Shown piece by piece: positions 63,328 through 64,000 of a stretch of 64,000 nt of DNA (the stretch's first letter is position 1; every line of letters begins with the position of its first letter). The DNA is taken from NCBI GenBank assembly GCA_963808625.1, contig CAWEHK010000054.1:1-64000 (forward strand), in the 5' to 3' direction. A program made the position numbers and the translations under genes. The stretch comes from an uncultured delta proteobacterium. Lineage in GTDB: Bacteria; Desulfobacterota; Syntrophobacteria; Syntrophobacterales; Syntrophobacteraceae. The notes beneath the pieces are model-generated. The model was given only the letters and a program-made list of their open reading frames with translations. It ran no database searches and was not told where the DNA came from.

Positions 63328-64000
63328 TTGACTGAGGAAAATGCCTGGAAAATTCTCTTGATTGATGACGACCCGGGGATTCGCAAAGTGATGGCCATCA
63401 CCCTGGCAGATTCCGGCTATGAGGTGGTGACCGCTCCGGATGGGGAAACCGGCCTCCAATTGTTCCAGGCGGAAGCGCCTCAAATCGTCATCACCGACAT
63501 CCGCATGCCGGGCATGGATGGCATTGAGGTTTTGAGGAGGATCAAAGGCCTGGACCCCGCCGGAGAAGTGATTGTAGCGACCGCCTTCAGTGATCTGAAA
63601 TTGGCCATTGAAGCGCTGCAACTGGATGCTTCCGACTTCATCACCAAACCCATCGATGATGACGCGCTCACGGTAGCCCTCAAGCGCGCACGGGAACGCT
63701 ACACCACCCGCAAGGAGCTGAATGACTACACCGCACTCATCGAAGAGAGATGGATGAGCACGGCGGAAGAACTGGCGAAGACCTTTCATTTCCAGCAGAT
63801 GCTTATCGAGAGCTCCATTGACGGCATCACCGCCTGCGATCGCGAAGGTAAGATCGTCATCTTCAACCGGACGATGGCGGAGATGCTGGGCTATACCAGG
63901 GAAGAAGCGGTGGGGAAGAAGTATCTCAACGACTTTTTCGCCCCGGGAGAGGCGGAAGAGTTCGCAGCCAAGATGGCTTCGGAGGAATTTGGCGGGACGG
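63328..64000 (+). CDS. Receiver + PAS signalling protein, probably a hybrid kinase (3' truncated)
   Basis: RBS GGAGG; LIDDD, TDIRMPGMDG, FITKP; PAS IESSIDGI...FNR...LGYT.EE. Confidence 0.88.
   Translation, partial: MTEENAWKILLIDDDPGIRKVMAITLADSGYEVVTAPDGETGLQLFQAEAPQIVITDIRMPGMDGIEVLRRIKGLDPAGEVIVATAFSDLKLAIEALQLDASDFITKPIDDDALTVALKRARERYTTRKELNDYTALIEERWMSTAEELAKTFHFQQMLIESSIDGITACDREGKIVIFNRTMAEMLGYTREEAVGKKYLNDFFAPGEAEEFAAKMASEEFGGT

Overview
64 kb of a GC-rich bacterial chromosome. The gene content (rubredoxin, DVU0298-like protein, cobA/hemD fusion, sigma-54 regulators) suggests an anaerobic Desulfobacterota or Syntrophobacterales-like organism (inference). Many housekeeping genes (gmhA, cobA-hemD, ftsH, serC) are split by single-base indels, so most frameshifts are probably long-read or assembly errors. 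Layout: 1-17 kb is a copper/redox and tetrapyrrole core region. About 17.3-28.3 kb is an accessory island with tyrosine recombinases, a 42-aa TPR array protein and several toxin-antitoxin pairs. 28-36 kb holds pepA, a ThiF-family gene, duplicated lipoproteins and a PKD surface protein. About 37-50 kb is a minus-strand cluster: sigma-54 response regulator, TonB receptor, TPR-CHAT protease, family-5 peptide-binding protein, an unannotated 29-aa Cys-Cys peptide and a Cache histidine kinase. 51-64 kb holds a second PKD surface protein and housekeeping genes. Best candidates for something new: (1) a putative peptide-signalling or RiPP-like system around the tiny gene at 41472-41561; (2) two sigma-54-type promoters 20 kb apart that share upstream boxes at nearly identical spacing; (3) a family of 9-mer palindromic elements whose arms bracket a GxxExxY nuclease remnant. 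All family assignments are from motif recognition and memory; no database searches were run.
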